Of a stretch of 64,000 bases of DNA, positions 53,751 through 64,000 are shown one piece after another. The notes beneath the pieces are model-generated. The model ran no database searches. It saw nothing but the letters and a program-made list of their open reading frames with translations, and had not been told where the DNA came from. Location: positions 43 through 64,042 of the forward strand of contig JAOAGR010000004.1 of NCBI GenBank assembly GCA_026415655.1, in the 5' to 3' direction. Both the position numbers and the translations under genes were made by a program. Position 1 is the first letter of the stretch, and every line of letters starts with the position of its first letter. The DNA is from Candidatus Dojkabacteria bacterium. Lineage in GTDB: Bacteria; Patescibacteriota; Dojkabacteria; JAOAGR01.

Positions 53751-54914
53751 CTAATTATTTGCCAGTGGTGTAATTAGATGCTGGAAATTTTCGTTTTCTT
53801 CTTCTTTAAATATGAACAATTCTGAACCTAATCTTGGATGTTTTACTACATCGATTATTACATTTTCAGTATTTATATGGTCTAGGATTTCAATAATTCC
53901 CTTTGGTTTGAAATATATATCTAGGTTTTCATTATCCTCTAACTTTTCAATTTCAAGTTCCATTTCATATTCACCTGTATCAGGAACCCTTGCACTAATT
54001 TTGATTTTGTTACTACCTACTTCTGTATAAAAATTCAACCGTACAGTATCCTCCTGTCTTCCAAAAACATTTGATATTTTTACTGCATTTCTTAATTCGT
54101 CTACATTAATTTTATACGTATTTATGACTTGATCGGGTATCAAACTCTTATAATTTGGAAATTCTCCATCTATTACTCCAGAACTTACTTCATTTTTACC
54201 AATTTTAAAAATTAATTGTCTATTTTCAGTTAAATAAACTTGAATATTATTCACATCATCATTGTCTTGCATTATTCTATAGACATTTTCTAATGTGGAA
54301 AAATGTATAATCGGATTAAAATTGTCTTTAGCACTTATGGAATTGGGTACAAATGAATATTTAGACAATCTAAATCTGTCAGATGAAACAAGATTTATAC
54401 GTTCATTGTCATACTCAAAAAATACTCCTGAAAAAACTGGTTGAGAAATACCTGTCCTATCAAGTGCAAATAAAGTTTTTGATAATCCTTCAGAAAATTG
54501 GTTAACGTCAAATTCATAAAGTAAAATGCTGTTTGCATCTAATTGTGAAATAATAGGAAATTCATCAAAATCAATAATAGGGAATTTGGATTTAACTTTT
54601 CCACAAGAAACTACAAGTTCATTTCCATCTTTATATAGTTTAACATTTTCATCTGGTAAAAATGACACAAATTCTGTGAACATCTTTGCATTTACAGTCA
54701 ACTTACCTTTCTCTTCTATATCTGCACCAATATACGTTGTTATTGCAATCTCTAGATCGGTAGCATATATCTTTAAAACTCCATCTTTTGCTTCGATAGC
54801 CAGATTACGAAGTACATCCAGTGTGGGTTTCGAACTGACTGCTTTTATGACTGTAGATAGAGACTTTTGTAATATTGATTTATTTACTTCTAGTTTCATA
54901 TCATGATTATACAT
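53751..54914 (-). CDS. dnaN: DNA polymerase III beta sliding clamp
   Basis: MKLEVNKSILQKSLSTVIKAVSSKPTLDVLRNLAIEA and three-domain clamp length; probable start at Met6. Confidence 0.85.
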   Translation of the reverse strand: MYNHDMKLEVNKSILQKSLSTVIKAVSSKPTLDVLRNLAIEAKDGVLKIYATDLEIAITTYIGADIEEKGKLTVNAKMFTEFVSFLPDENVKLYKDGNELVVSCGKVKSKFPIIDFDEFPIISQLDANSILLYEFDVNQFSEGLSKTLFALDRTGISQPVFSGVFFEYDNERINLVSSDRFRLSKYSFVPNSISAKDNFNPIIHFSTLENVYRIMQDNDDVNNIQVYLTENRQLIFKIGKNEVSSGVIDGEFPNYKSLIPDQVINTYKINVDELRNAVKISNVFGRQEDTVRLNFYTEVGSNKIKISARVPDTGEYEMELEIEKLEDNENLDIYFKPKGIIEILDHINTENVIIDVVKHPRLGSELFIFKEEENENFQHLITPLANN

Positions 54915-55287
54915 TAATCACACATTTATCAATAATATTTCACAAATAAACGTATATGTCGAAAAATTATTAAATATACTATCAGTTTTCCATATATATT
55001 AGTCCCCATATAAAAATAAATTTAGAGATATTCTTTTTAGGATAAATAAAATTAATGTGAGTTTTTATATCAGTATGCATAATTAAATTCGTTTTTTTTT
55101 ACACACTTTAAATATTTATAAATAAATAAAACTTGAAAAGTAATTAATCTAACACCAAATACTTTTCCACAAAAATTTAACATCAATTGACTAAGTTATA
55201 AACTATAAAAATTAAAATTATCCACTTTTCCATACCACCTACTATTTTTTCTATTATATTTTTTAATACAATAGAATAATTAGAAAT
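54915..55287. other. Candidate replication-origin region (AT-rich, DnaA-box-like motifs) between divergently transcribed dnaN and membrane-protein operon
   Basis: TTATCCACt at 55218-55226, TTtTCCACA at 55164-55172, TTtTCCAtA at 54986-54994 and 55226-55234, ttaGGATAA at 55037-55045; 10-T run 55094-55103. Confidence 0.3.
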
Positions 55288-56082
55288 ATGAGTTTTAAAA
55301 TTTTTACAAATAAAAAGTTTGCAAGATCAGTTTTTTATGGATTTATACAATCTTTTTTACTGTTTTATATTTTGGAAATTTTTAGGTTTACTCACAATTA
55401 TTTATTAGTTTCATTGATAGTTTTAATCAATATGGTTGAGTTTTATTTTACTTCTAGATTTTTAAAATATTACAATATATTTAAACATAGAAAATTTTTG
55501 GTTGAACATGTGGTTTATACTATATTTGCATTTTTAGGAATAAGTTTTTTTATTCTTAGTATCGAAATCTATTTTATTAATCTGCTTTTTATTATATTAA
55601 ATTCTCTTATATATTCTTCTTATTTATATTTTTTAATTAATCAAAGAGAAAAAAGTCTACATTTTGGAGATATGACATTTCATCCGATGCATAGCATTGA
55701 GGTAATTTATAAATTCTGGAGTCTATACATGATATTTTTAGGTCTTAGTTCATTTGTAAATAAGAATTATTCTAGTCTGGATTTTTATTTTTTTATTGCA
55801 TATTGTATAACTTTTATTTATTTTTTGATAAGATTATATAGAGAAAATAGACTGGATTATATAAATATTTTTTTGTCTGCTGTGACAGTAATTTTTTTAA
55901 TATTTGTTTTTATCAACCTTTTTACAAAAAATTTAATACTAAATACCATAATAGAGTTTGTTCTTTTTGTATTTTCTTATATTTTATTTTTTGCGTTTAT
56001 ACATAAAAAATTAAATATAGACTTGTTTTTGCAGCTATATACCTTACTTTTATTGATTTCATTATTAATTTTTACTATATAA
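55288..56082 (+). CDS. Highly hydrophobic polytopic membrane protein
   Basis: 264 aa, ~8 hydrophobic helices; stop overlaps next start (TAATG). Confidence 0.4.
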   Translation: MSFKIFTNKKFARSVFYGFIQSFLLFYILEIFRFTHNYLLVSLIVLINMVEFYFTSRFLKYYNIFKHRKFLVEHVVYTIFAFLGISFFILSIEIYFINLLFIILNSLIYSSYLYFLINQREKSLHFGDMTFHPMHSIEVIYKFWSLYMIFLGLSSFVNKNYSSLDFYFFIAYCITFIYFLIRLYRENRLDYINIFLSAVTVIFLIFVFINLFTKNLILNTIIEFVLFVFSYILFFAFIHKKLNIDLFLQLYTLLLLISLLIFTI

Positions 56083-57842
56083 TGAGGGTGAAAAAATACA
56101 TTTTTTTATTTTTGTTTATATTTTTTTGTCTTTTTTGTGTAGCTAGATTTAATACAGTGATTGCAAATAATGAATATTCCCACGAAGCGGTTGCATACTA
56201 CAACGTCAAAGATGATAAAAATGTAGAACTACGTATAGATGTTAAAACAATTAATTTGAAGGAAAATGCATTGATTCGATTATTTCGTCTTGAGGTGCCT
56301 TTTGAACCAAAAAACATCAGTGTGGAATCAAAGGATGTAGTAGTAAAAATAATAGATTTAATAAAAAATGAAAATAATAATTATGAAATTGCTATTGAGT
56401 TTACACATGGACTAATTGGATTAAATGCTGGATTTGATTGGAGTATAAGTATGAATATTGGGTCAGCTTTTTATGAGCATGGATCACAATATGCACTGAT
56501 TATACCGAATTTTGATTTAAATAATTCTTTTGATAATTTTGAAATAAATATCAGTGTTCCTCTTAAGTTTGGAAAACTCGCACATTTTTTTACAAAAAGT
56601 TATTTGGTTAACACGGAGAACGAATATACAAAAATAAAAATTACAAAAGAGATTGTAAATACTAAAAATATTGTTGCTTTATTTGGAGATCGGCAAAATT
56701 ATTCTTTTTATTATAAAAGTGAATTATCAGATTTAAAATTTTCTTTACCAGTAGAAAATTCTTATCAAAGTGTAATTTATACAAAATTTCCAGTATTTGA
56801 AAATAATAAAATAGATGATTATGAAAATATAACTTTAATGCAAAATGAAGAGATAGAAGGATATATTTTAACGTCATCGGCTTATGACATGGTTTTTGAA
56901 AAAGTAGATCCTATCAGAACGCGCAATAATCAAGAAATTTTAGCAAAAAATGATCTTGTAGATATCGAAAAAGTACTGGAAAAACTTTACAATTCATTAG
57001 AGCTGATAGATATCAATATCACTGCTAATACAGATATTCTTTCAAAAACTTTTCGAGAGCAATATGAAGAAAATAAGGTAAATCCTTTTATATTAAATTT
57101 TATATTTCGCGATGAGATGGAAAAATTAGGGTATACAACTCGAGGTAGCTATGGTTTTGTTTATCCAATAACACCATTTCGTGAAGAAGAGATAAAAGTA
57201 ATACCGTATATTTGGAGTGAAGTTTGGGTACAAGATCGATGGGTGAGCGTAAATCCCGTATGGTATTTTACATCTGAGGGGAGTTATTATATTGATAGAT
57301 TAACATATACTCATATTAAATTTGGTGATTTTAGGGTATGGGAAAATAATGTACGTAATTTCTTTTTGATTGCGGATAAAATACGTATTTTACCTATTGG
57401 AGAGATAAATAATAAAAATGATAAATCTTTTGAATATCAGATTACTGAAGATAAAATAAGTAAAAATCATTTTATCGTGAGTATAAAAAATCTTTCAGGA
57501 AAAATTTATAAAAATTTAAATCTACATATCAGGCTTGGAGATAGAACATTCGAATTTGGCAATGTTTCCATGTTTCCTTTTCAATCTGTAAAAAGAATGA
57601 TAAACATACAAGAAATCATATACCAAGAAAGATTTGAATCTGTAAGTATAGAATTAAAAGATGCTTATTCTAAAGATAAAATTTTAGATACCTATCAGGA
57701 AAATATCAAAATAAAACCAAATTTCTATTTCTTAATAACGCTAGTTTTTTATTTATTTATAAATATATTGTTTTTAATTACCTTTTTGATGGTTATATTT
57801 TATGTGCCAAAAATTAACAAAAGTTATGATTTTGCATTATGA
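56082..57842 (+). CDS. Extracytoplasmic protein with N- and C-terminal TM anchors; C-terminal region weakly transglutaminase-like but lacking Cys
   Basis: Signal/TM, 500-aa soluble domain, PYIWSEVWVQDRWVSVNP block, terminal TM. Confidence 0.35.
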   Translation: MRVKKYIFLFLFIFFCLFCVARFNTVIANNEYSHEAVAYYNVKDDKNVELRIDVKTINLKENALIRLFRLEVPFEPKNISVESKDVVVKIIDLIKNENNNYEIAIEFTHGLIGLNAGFDWSISMNIGSAFYEHGSQYALIIPNFDLNNSFDNFEINISVPLKFGKLAHFFTKSYLVNTENEYTKIKITKEIVNTKNIVALFGDRQNYSFYYKSELSDLKFSLPVENSYQSVIYTKFPVFENNKIDDYENITLMQNEEIEGYILTSSAYDMVFEKVDPIRTRNNQEILAKNDLVDIEKVLEKLYNSLELIDINITANTDILSKTFREQYEENKVNPFILNFIFRDEMEKLGYTTRGSYGFVYPITPFREEEIKVIPYIWSEVWVQDRWVSVNPVWYFTSEGSYYIDRLTYTHIKFGDFRVWENNVRNFFLIADKIRILPIGEINNKNDKSFEYQITEDKISKNHFIVSIKNLSGKIYKNLNLHIRLGDRTFEFGNVSMFPFQSVKRMINIQEIIYQERFESVSIELKDAYSKDKILDTYQENIKIKPNFYFLITLVFYLFINILFLITFLMVIFYVPKINKSYDFAL

Positions 57843-57926
57843 ATTATTATTAGTGTTATGTTGTAATAAATTATAGAATTTTGGAAGTAGTATTTATGTC
57901 TAGGTATTTGTCTTATTTCAGTGCTT

Positions 57927-59762
57927 TTATAGTTTTTTAATTATTACCTTCTTAGGTTTACTTGAGTATGTATTTATTATTTTTGCATGTTTTTTTAGTA
58001 ATTTATAAATTTTATCTGGATTAAAGTAATATTCCTTCAATAAATTATCCCATTCTTTAGATATATTTTCGTTGCTTGGCATAGTTATGACTTGATTTTT
58101 TTTGTCTTTTAATGTCTCCTTGAATTTTGTATACAGATTAAAAGATATAATGTCCTTTAATCGACTAATTCTATCTATATCAACTTTTACATCTTTAAAA
58201 ATATGATATTTTTTAGACAATTTTTCTAATATTTCTCTATATTTTTTAATTAGAATACTTTCATAGATGAATTTAGATATTATTGGCCATCCTTTTAGTG
58301 CTATTTTTTGCATATTTTTTATTTTTGATAACTCTTTTTTTAATTCATCATAAAATTGGAAGTTTTTAATGTTGAAAAAATGTTTGCTAAATAGAATGTC
58401 GTTGGAAATGTATTGATATAGATCGCCAAAAATTATCACATTATTTTTTTTGTTTCCAGAGAAAATATGATAAGAGATGAATTTTTGTTCTGTTAGTTCT
58501 AGTGACTCATATTTTGTATATTCATCATTCTTTTTTACTATTTCGTTTATTGCTTGTATATCTACGACAGATACCTGATAACCCACATCATCTACGATAT
58601 TTAAGTTATCTATGTATGAATTAGGGATACCTATATAATCAGAGATGATGAATATCCCGTTTTTTTCTAAACACTCTATTGTTTTTATAAAAATAGCCAG
58701 CAACGTCGTTGATACCTGATAAATATCTCCTTCTACTGGTGTAAGAGTATCAATAAGTTCTGATATTATTTTATTTTGATATGGTGTCCAAATTGATTCT
58801 TTTGCAATGTATTTAAATTTATCCTTCTCTACTTTTGGATTTAAAGGATTTTGTATTTTTGCTATCTCTTTTAGTGACTCTGATAATGGTGTTTTCTTGA
58901 GATAAGATAATCGCGTCTTTTTAGAATAATAAATATTTGAATACTTTAATACTACATCACTGGGCAGAAATCCAAATAAATATTCATAATAGATCAAATC
59001 ATATCTGCGTGTTGTATTAACACTGTAGTCTAGAATATAAACAGTTTCTAGGTTGATTTTTACGTTATTTGATTCATAAGATTTTATATTTGAGATTACT
59101 TCTTTTTTTGTTGAGTAAAATTTGAACTTGAATAAAACTATATCTATTTGCAATGTTTTTGATCCAATTTCTGTACTTATATTTTTGATATTTTCCAAAA
59201 TTTTAAAAAGGCCTGTTGTGTTCCAAGCTTTAAATACCAAAAGAATATTTATGTTTGATTTATTTATGTTGTATATTTTTTCGGATAAGATTTTATAAAA
59301 TATATCGCTGTGATAGTTTGTATCTTCATCTTTTTTTTGGACTCTGCTTATTAAATTGTTTATAAATGTCTTAGCATTATCCGGTTCGCTCAAATCTGTA
59401 AATTCGGTAATTGAAAATTTTGTTTTAATTGTTAGTACATTTAATAAAGCATCAAATGATATCTTCGAATATGAAAACATTGAGAGTTTTAATGAATACA
59501 ATACATCAATATACATATCATCAATATAAAAATTGCTAAATCTTGACGGATCCGTACCTAGCCAGTTATTCATGTTTTGTATCAAAATAACTTTTTGTTT
59601 TTCGAATGGGCTTCTCCAAAAGTCTTCGTTATAAATGATTGCAGGATAAAATCTAGTAGTGGAAATATCTTCTGATATCTCTTCGTAAATTTTAAGAAGT
59701 TTTTTAAATCTATGTATAACAACACTTAGCTCTAATTCTCTAGAAAATGTAAAGTTGTTCAT
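57927..59762 (-). CDS. Hypothetical 611-aa protein (no recognized motif) adjacent to tRNA-Pro and type III R-M locus
   Basis: Long uninterrupted ORF with typical codon usage; no TM segments or catalytic motifs identified. Confidence 0.35.
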   Translation of the reverse strand: MNNFTFSRELELSVVIHRFKKLLKIYEEISEDISTTRFYPAIIYNEDFWRSPFEKQKVILIQNMNNWLGTDPSRFSNFYIDDMYIDVLYSLKLSMFSYSKISFDALLNVLTIKTKFSITEFTDLSEPDNAKTFINNLISRVQKKDEDTNYHSDIFYKILSEKIYNINKSNINILLVFKAWNTTGLFKILENIKNISTEIGSKTLQIDIVLFKFKFYSTKKEVISNIKSYESNNVKINLETVYILDYSVNTTRRYDLIYYEYLFGFLPSDVVLKYSNIYYSKKTRLSYLKKTPLSESLKEIAKIQNPLNPKVEKDKFKYIAKESIWTPYQNKIISELIDTLTPVEGDIYQVSTTLLAIFIKTIECLEKNGIFIISDYIGIPNSYIDNLNIVDDVGYQVSVVDIQAINEIVKKNDEYTKYESLELTEQKFISYHIFSGNKKNNVIIFGDLYQYISNDILFSKHFFNIKNFQFYDELKKELSKIKNMQKIALKGWPIISKFIYESILIKKYREILEKLSKKYHIFKDVKVDIDRISRLKDIISFNLYTKFKETLKDKKNQVITMPSNENISKEWDNLLKEYYFNPDKIYKLLKKHAKIINTYSSKPKKVIIKKL

Positions 59763-59844
59763 TTGTATAATATATCAAATAAACTATAAAGATGCCTCAT
59801 AAATTTTTTAGATTTGGTATTGATATGGTATCATTAGATACGTA

Positions 59845-59921
59845 CGGGGAGTAGTTCAGTTGGCTAGAACGCTTGGTTTGGGACCAAGAGGTCGGAGGTT
59901 CAAGTCCTCTCTCCCCGACCA
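59845..59921 (+). tRNA. tRNA-Pro (anticodon TGG)
   Basis: Acceptor CGGGGAG/CTCCCCG, anticodon stem CTTGG/CCAAG loop TTTGGGA, T-arm GGAGG-TTCAAGT-CCTCT, CCA encoded. Confidence 0.85.
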
Positions 59922-59934
59922 AGACTTGTATGTT

Positions 59935-61827
59935 TCAGAAAACAATCTTTATATCTTCCTTGTAATTTTGTAATGTGGCATTTAAGCTTGCTGTCCAACC
60001 GTCTATAAACACTTTACCTCTTTTAATACATTCAGCAAATTGTTCTTTACTTACCTTATCACTATTGGTTATATAGTAATTATCCCCAACTTTGTAAACG
60101 CAATCTTTTACAACTTCTTCGGGTGTTTGTGTTGGTTCGTCTAATCCTACAGTGAAAATCATGTTGTAGATACGACTTAAAGGATCAAGATTGATTTCGG
60201 GATACTTTATTTTTCCGTCTTCTGCTAATTCTAATCTTGGAGCGTCTACGGTATCAAATACCTTGAAACCAATATCAGGTGTTTTCTTTTTATTTTCATC
60301 AAAAAAGCCTTCTTTGTTATTCTCTTCTTCAATTTCTTTTTTAATCTTTTCTCCCGCCCTTTTTAATCTTTCAATAGTGATGCTTGAGATAACTGGCGGT
60401 AGATTGTTTTCTATACAAAACTGATAAGCTGGTTTATCTTCTTTTATTGGCTCATCTATTTGTACAAGTATAAATTTTCTATTGCACTCATCTTCGGCAT
60501 TTAATCTCATCACTGCTTCACCTGTTGTGCCACTGCCTGCGAAAAAGTCAAGGACGAGGTCAGAAGAGGAAGTCGAAATTTCAACAAGAAATTTAATATA
60601 TTCTTTAGGTTTAGAATAGTTAAAAACAGGATACCCAAATAATTCGTCTATATACTTATTTGATTGCGTCGTAGAATATTTAGAAATTACCCCCAAAGGT
60701 TTGATTGATCTTGGTTTAATATTGCCATCACTATCACAATTTAAGTATTGTTTTGTATATACCGCCCAATTATTATTTTTGTCTTTTTTTATTACTACAA
60801 AACCATTTTTTATTCCCCATTCTAATTTTTCTTTACTCCATCTCCAACGAGAAATTTTTTCATTATTTTTATTAGGAATAATTTTAGTTCCATCCGGTGC
60901 TTCAATTGGATAATCTAGAGATTCAACATAACCCAAACTAGCACTATCCAATTTAATAAGTTGATATTTTCCTCTTTCCTTTTCATATTCATCGCTTAAT
61001 TTATACCTTTCTACATCCTCAACACTCAAACCAGAAATTTCAAATTTTTCTTTATTCTTTGCATAAACTAAAAGATATTCATGCTTAATCCTAAAGTGTT
61101 TACTATCAGAGCTACCTCCACCTTATTTATTTTCCCATACTAATTTCGCCACAAAATTTTCTTCCCCAAAAATCTCATCACAAAGTAATTTCAAGTTTGC
61201 TTGCTCATTATCATCAATACTAATAAAAATCACTCCATCATCGCTGAGTAAATCTCGTGCTAATAAAAGTCGTGGATACATAAATGCAAGCCAGCCGCTA
61301 TGGCTTTTCTTCGTCTTAAAAGTAAACACCATCCTTGCAAAATCATCATCGCTTAGATTAGCAAGTCCCAACACTTCAGATTCTTCTTTATCAAATTTAT
61401 CAGGATAAACAAAGTCGTCATTGCCAGTATTGTATGGCGGATCTATGTATATGCATTTTATCTTTCCACTGTAATAATTTTTGAGTATTTTCAGACAATC
61501 TAGATTATCCCCTTTTAATACAAGATTTTGAGTTGTGTCAAAATTTTTACTCATTTCTGTATTTACTTTTAATTCTTTATTTGTCTTTTGTGCATACCTT
61601 GCTCTCGCTACATTCCTGCCAACAAAATTTAACCCATATCCATTTACTTTTTCATCGACAGGCAAGCCTACTGCTGTTTTTAGTTCTTGTACATTGATTT
61701 CGTTATCTTTAATAATATTTGGATAATGTTCTTTCAAAAACTTGATAAGCTTATTTTCTTCTTTATCATTATCTGAGCTTAATACTGTGAATCCTGCATT
61801 AATAAATTCTTGTATTGTTTTATCCAT
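59935..61827 (-). pseudogene. mod: Type III R-M methyltransferase (Mod) interrupted by in-frame TAA (61123-61125)
   Basis: ORFs 61123..61827 (DPPYN motif IV) and 59935..61029 (DFFAGSGTT motif I) share a frame; the 93 nt between translate GGGSSDSKHFRIKHEYLLVYAKNKEKFEISG with no stop and align with EcoP15I-like Mod core (HEYIYVYAKN). Confidence 0.75.
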
Positions 61828-61829
61828 AA

Positions 61830-64000
61830 TCAGACTTGTTTTATTAAATCAATTAATTCTGTTCTATTTATTCGTTCTTTAAATATAATTTTAACATTGT
61901 CATTATTATATTTCTTAGTTAGCTCTTCAAAATATTTCTTTGCAAAATCAATTTTGTCTTTTTCACTTGTAGGTATTTCTGTGTATGTGTTATAACCTTT
62001 AGCCTCAACAATAAGATACAATTTATGTCCATCTTTGTTTTTTATGACATAACAAAAATCAGGGCTATATTCACCTAGTGGAGTTTTAATTTTTAATCGT
62101 GGTAGTTTTGCAAAAATTTCTATGCTCTCAATATCAGGATCCCCTTCTACAATATCCAATTCAAAATCACTATCGTATTCAATTATATCTTCGAAGATCC
62201 ATTTGGTTTTTAGAGAAAAATCTTTTTCAATATCCTTTTGATATTTTCCTGTAGTCCCTGGTTCTAAATAGGCTCTGTCTTTATCTTTCTTAAATATATT
62301 GGGTAGTCCTACACCATCGATACCATCATATTTTATATTTGTTTTTATTATTGCTATTAGATGTTTTTTTATTATTTCACTAATCTCGTTTTGTGCTCGT
62401 TCGGGATTGTTGCAAAGTATTTTCTCTCTAAAATTTATACTTAAAGTGTTAAATATTTTAACCACGAAAGAAAGAGGAGTTTTTGTGCTATTTGATATAG
62501 CATGTACGAATTCAATATAATCGACTTTACTTTTATAAGAAATTGTATTTACCAAAGATTTTGTGATAGCATTTTCTTGATCAATTTTTCTTACATTAAT
62601 ATCAGTACGAATGGTTTGAAGTAAAATCTCTTCTATATTAAGTTTTTCTATTTCGGCCCTAATGTTATAAATAAGTTGTTTTTCCTCTTCTTCATTTAAA
62701 TTATCTAAAATATAAAACGAATTTTTATTTATCGTATTCCACAAATCCTGAAATTCTTTAAGATGAGTGGGTTTAATATATAAATTATTTTTATTCTTTT
62801 TCTTGCTTGCTTTTTGGGCGTAGGTTTTAGCATCTGAAGCAAATATATTTTCTAATACTTTTGTTTGTTCAATCGGCAAGTTTAACTGTTTTAGTTTAAT
62901 AGAATAATCAGGAGATTTTTCATATATGTCAATCCCATCTACATTTCCTTTAAAGATTATTAGTTCATTTTCATCTAGTTTTTTAAATAAGTTACGGGTT
63001 GTCGTATCGTCAAATTTCCCTCTTTCTTTTATTAATTTCTTTAGTTCATTCTCGCCAAATGTTTCGGGAATGAGGAAAGAATTATTGAGTATTTCTCTCT
63101 GTATAGATTCAACAAAACCTTGTTCTTTACCTGAGACAATAACATCAAGGTTATTAAGCTTCCAGAATAGCTCCTGATCTTCGTTCAAAGTCTTTAATGT
63201 TTGCCTTTGTAATTCTTGATTTACACAAATTCTAAGACCACGACCAATCTGCTGTAGTTTTGATATATCACTTCCTTGATTAGACAATTTACAAATAGTA
63301 AAGACATTTGGATTATCCCAACCTTCTTGTAATGCCCAGATAGAAAAAATAAAACGGGTTGGACTTTCAAATGAAAGTAGTCTTTTTTTATCATTTAATA
63401 TCTCATCAACTCCCGCTTGTATTTTTTCGTCTTTATTTCCTTTATCACCAGAAAAATATCCTTTATGGATCTGCAAATTGCCCTCATTGTCAAAATCATT
63501 TTTTAGGTATTTATAATAATCGCTATCTTCTGGAATCGAATTTATAATTTCGTCTCTTTTTAAGATATATTCTTCTTCAAAAAATTTTTTAATCCTTGCA
63601 TTATCGCCGCGATAAAGACTTATATCATTGGGAATAAAAAATAAAGTTAGCGCTTTTATTCCTTTTTCAAATAAGATTTGTTCTTTTTCAAAATGTATCT
63701 TAATGGTTTGTCTGATCATTGACCTTATAGATTCGTCAGACAATGAATAATCTATTGTTTCTATAGTATCAGCTGATAAAACAATGTTGTCTTTATTGAT
63801 CTTTTTGATACTTTTTCCATTAAAAATAGATCCGATGCCCAGTTCGCGTCTTATAACTACTCCATTTGAAATGGTATTTACAATAGCTTTTTTGTCTTCG
63901 ATACCAACTAAAGTATCTTTATTTTCTACACTATCCTGCGTATAAACTACAATTTTCTTCACTAAACTCTGACGAAAAGAGCTAATGCTATCTAAAACAT
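61830..64000 (-). CDS. res: Type III restriction enzyme Res subunit, 5' end beyond window
   Basis: ORF open to window edge upstream of the GTG called by the track; helicase motif VI QQIGRGLRI, C-terminal nuclease SPDF...LIVEAKG. Confidence 0.8.
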   Translation of the reverse strand, partial: VLDSISSFRQSLVKKIVVYTQDSVENKDTLVGIEDKKAIVNTISNGVVIRRELGIGSIFNGKSIKKINKDNIVLSADTIETIDYSLSDESIRSMIRQTIKIHFEKEQILFEKGIKALTLFFIPNDISLYRGDNARIKKFFEEEYILKRDEIINSIPEDSDYYKYLKNDFDNEGNLQIHKGYFSGDKGNKDEKIQAGVDEILNDKKRLLSFESPTRFIFSIWALQEGWDNPNVFTICKLSNQGSDISKLQQIGRGLRICVNQELQRQTLKTLNEDQELFWKLNNLDVIVSGKEQGFVESIQREILNNSFLIPETFGENELKKLIKERGKFDDTTTRNLFKKLDENELIIFKGNVDGIDIYEKSPDYSIKLKQLNLPIEQTKVLENIFASDAKTYAQKASKKKNKNNLYIKPTHLKEFQDLWNTINKNSFYILDNLNEEEEKQLIYNIRAEIEKLNIEEILLQTIRTDINVRKIDQENAITKSLVNTISYKSKVDYIEFVHAISNSTKTPLSFVVKIFNTLSINFREKILCNNPERAQNEISEIIKKHLIAIIKTNIKYDGIDGVGLPNIFKKDKDRAYLEPGTTGKYQKDIEKDFSLKTKWIFEDIIEYDSDFELDIVEGDPDIESIEIFAKLPRLKIKTPLGEYSPDFCYVIKNKDGHKLYLIVEAKGYNTYTEIPTSEKDKIDFAKKYFEELTKKYNNDNVKIIFKERINRTELIDLIKQV

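Noticed and set aside
1-64000. Alternative genetic code (TGA=Gly/Trp, or TAG/TAA sense) as the explanation for in-frame stops
   Set aside because: TAG, TAA and TGA each terminate conserved proteins at their expected C-termini (ilvD TAG, infB/rny TAA, pyrD TGA). Long ORFs of ~1000 aa contain none of them. The interruptions are therefore more likely lesions than recoding.
1-64000. CRISPR arrays, rRNA genes, IS/transposase or integrase genes
   Set aside because: No regularly spaced direct repeats, no rRNA-like segments, and no ORF with transposase or integrase motifs were seen on reading both strands.

Overview
The window is very AT-rich (roughly 27-30% GC by eye) with densely packed genes, and looks like a small-genome bacterium using the standard code. 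TAG, TAA and TGA all terminate well-conserved genes (ilvD, infB, pyrD). The ORF track counts TTG and GTG as start codons.

Core content:
- Housekeeping genes: ilvD (5' truncated by the window edge), an MBL hydrolase, malic enzyme, a MiaB-family methylthiotransferase, a short infB, rny, pyrD, ridA-ilvA, radA, M20 and M32 peptidases, galE-like, dcd/thyX, a complete rfbCDBA dTDP-rhamnose operon, and dnaN.
- Three tRNAs: Asn (GTT), Ser (CGA) and Pro (TGG).

Accessory content:
- Three restriction-modification loci, each sitting on the 3' side of one of the tRNAs:
  - a type III mod, rhuM-fic/doc, res operon;
  - a type II controller, restriction enzyme, methylase cassette;
  - a second type III res-mod locus running off the window end.
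- Several large membrane-anchored surface proteins with Pro/Thr-rich linkers.

Striking features:
- Many conserved genes are interrupted by a single in-frame stop or a frameshift while homology continues: both type III mod genes, the type II controller gene, a SAM methyltransferase, a GT-C glycosyltransferase and a surface protein. Every restriction-modification locus in the window therefore carries a disabling lesion.
- A leader-peptide attenuator looks to sit in front of a kinase, DAHP synthase, class-I aldolase operon: an aromatic-codon-rich small ORF ends inside mutually exclusive GC hairpins followed by a terminator.
- About 390-bp direct repeats, made of the 5' ends of two paralogous surface-protein genes, bracket the first type III cassette.
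- DnaA-box-like motifs lie in the AT-rich divergent intergenic region upstream of dnaN, a candidate oriC.
- No CRISPR array, rRNA or transposase was seen.
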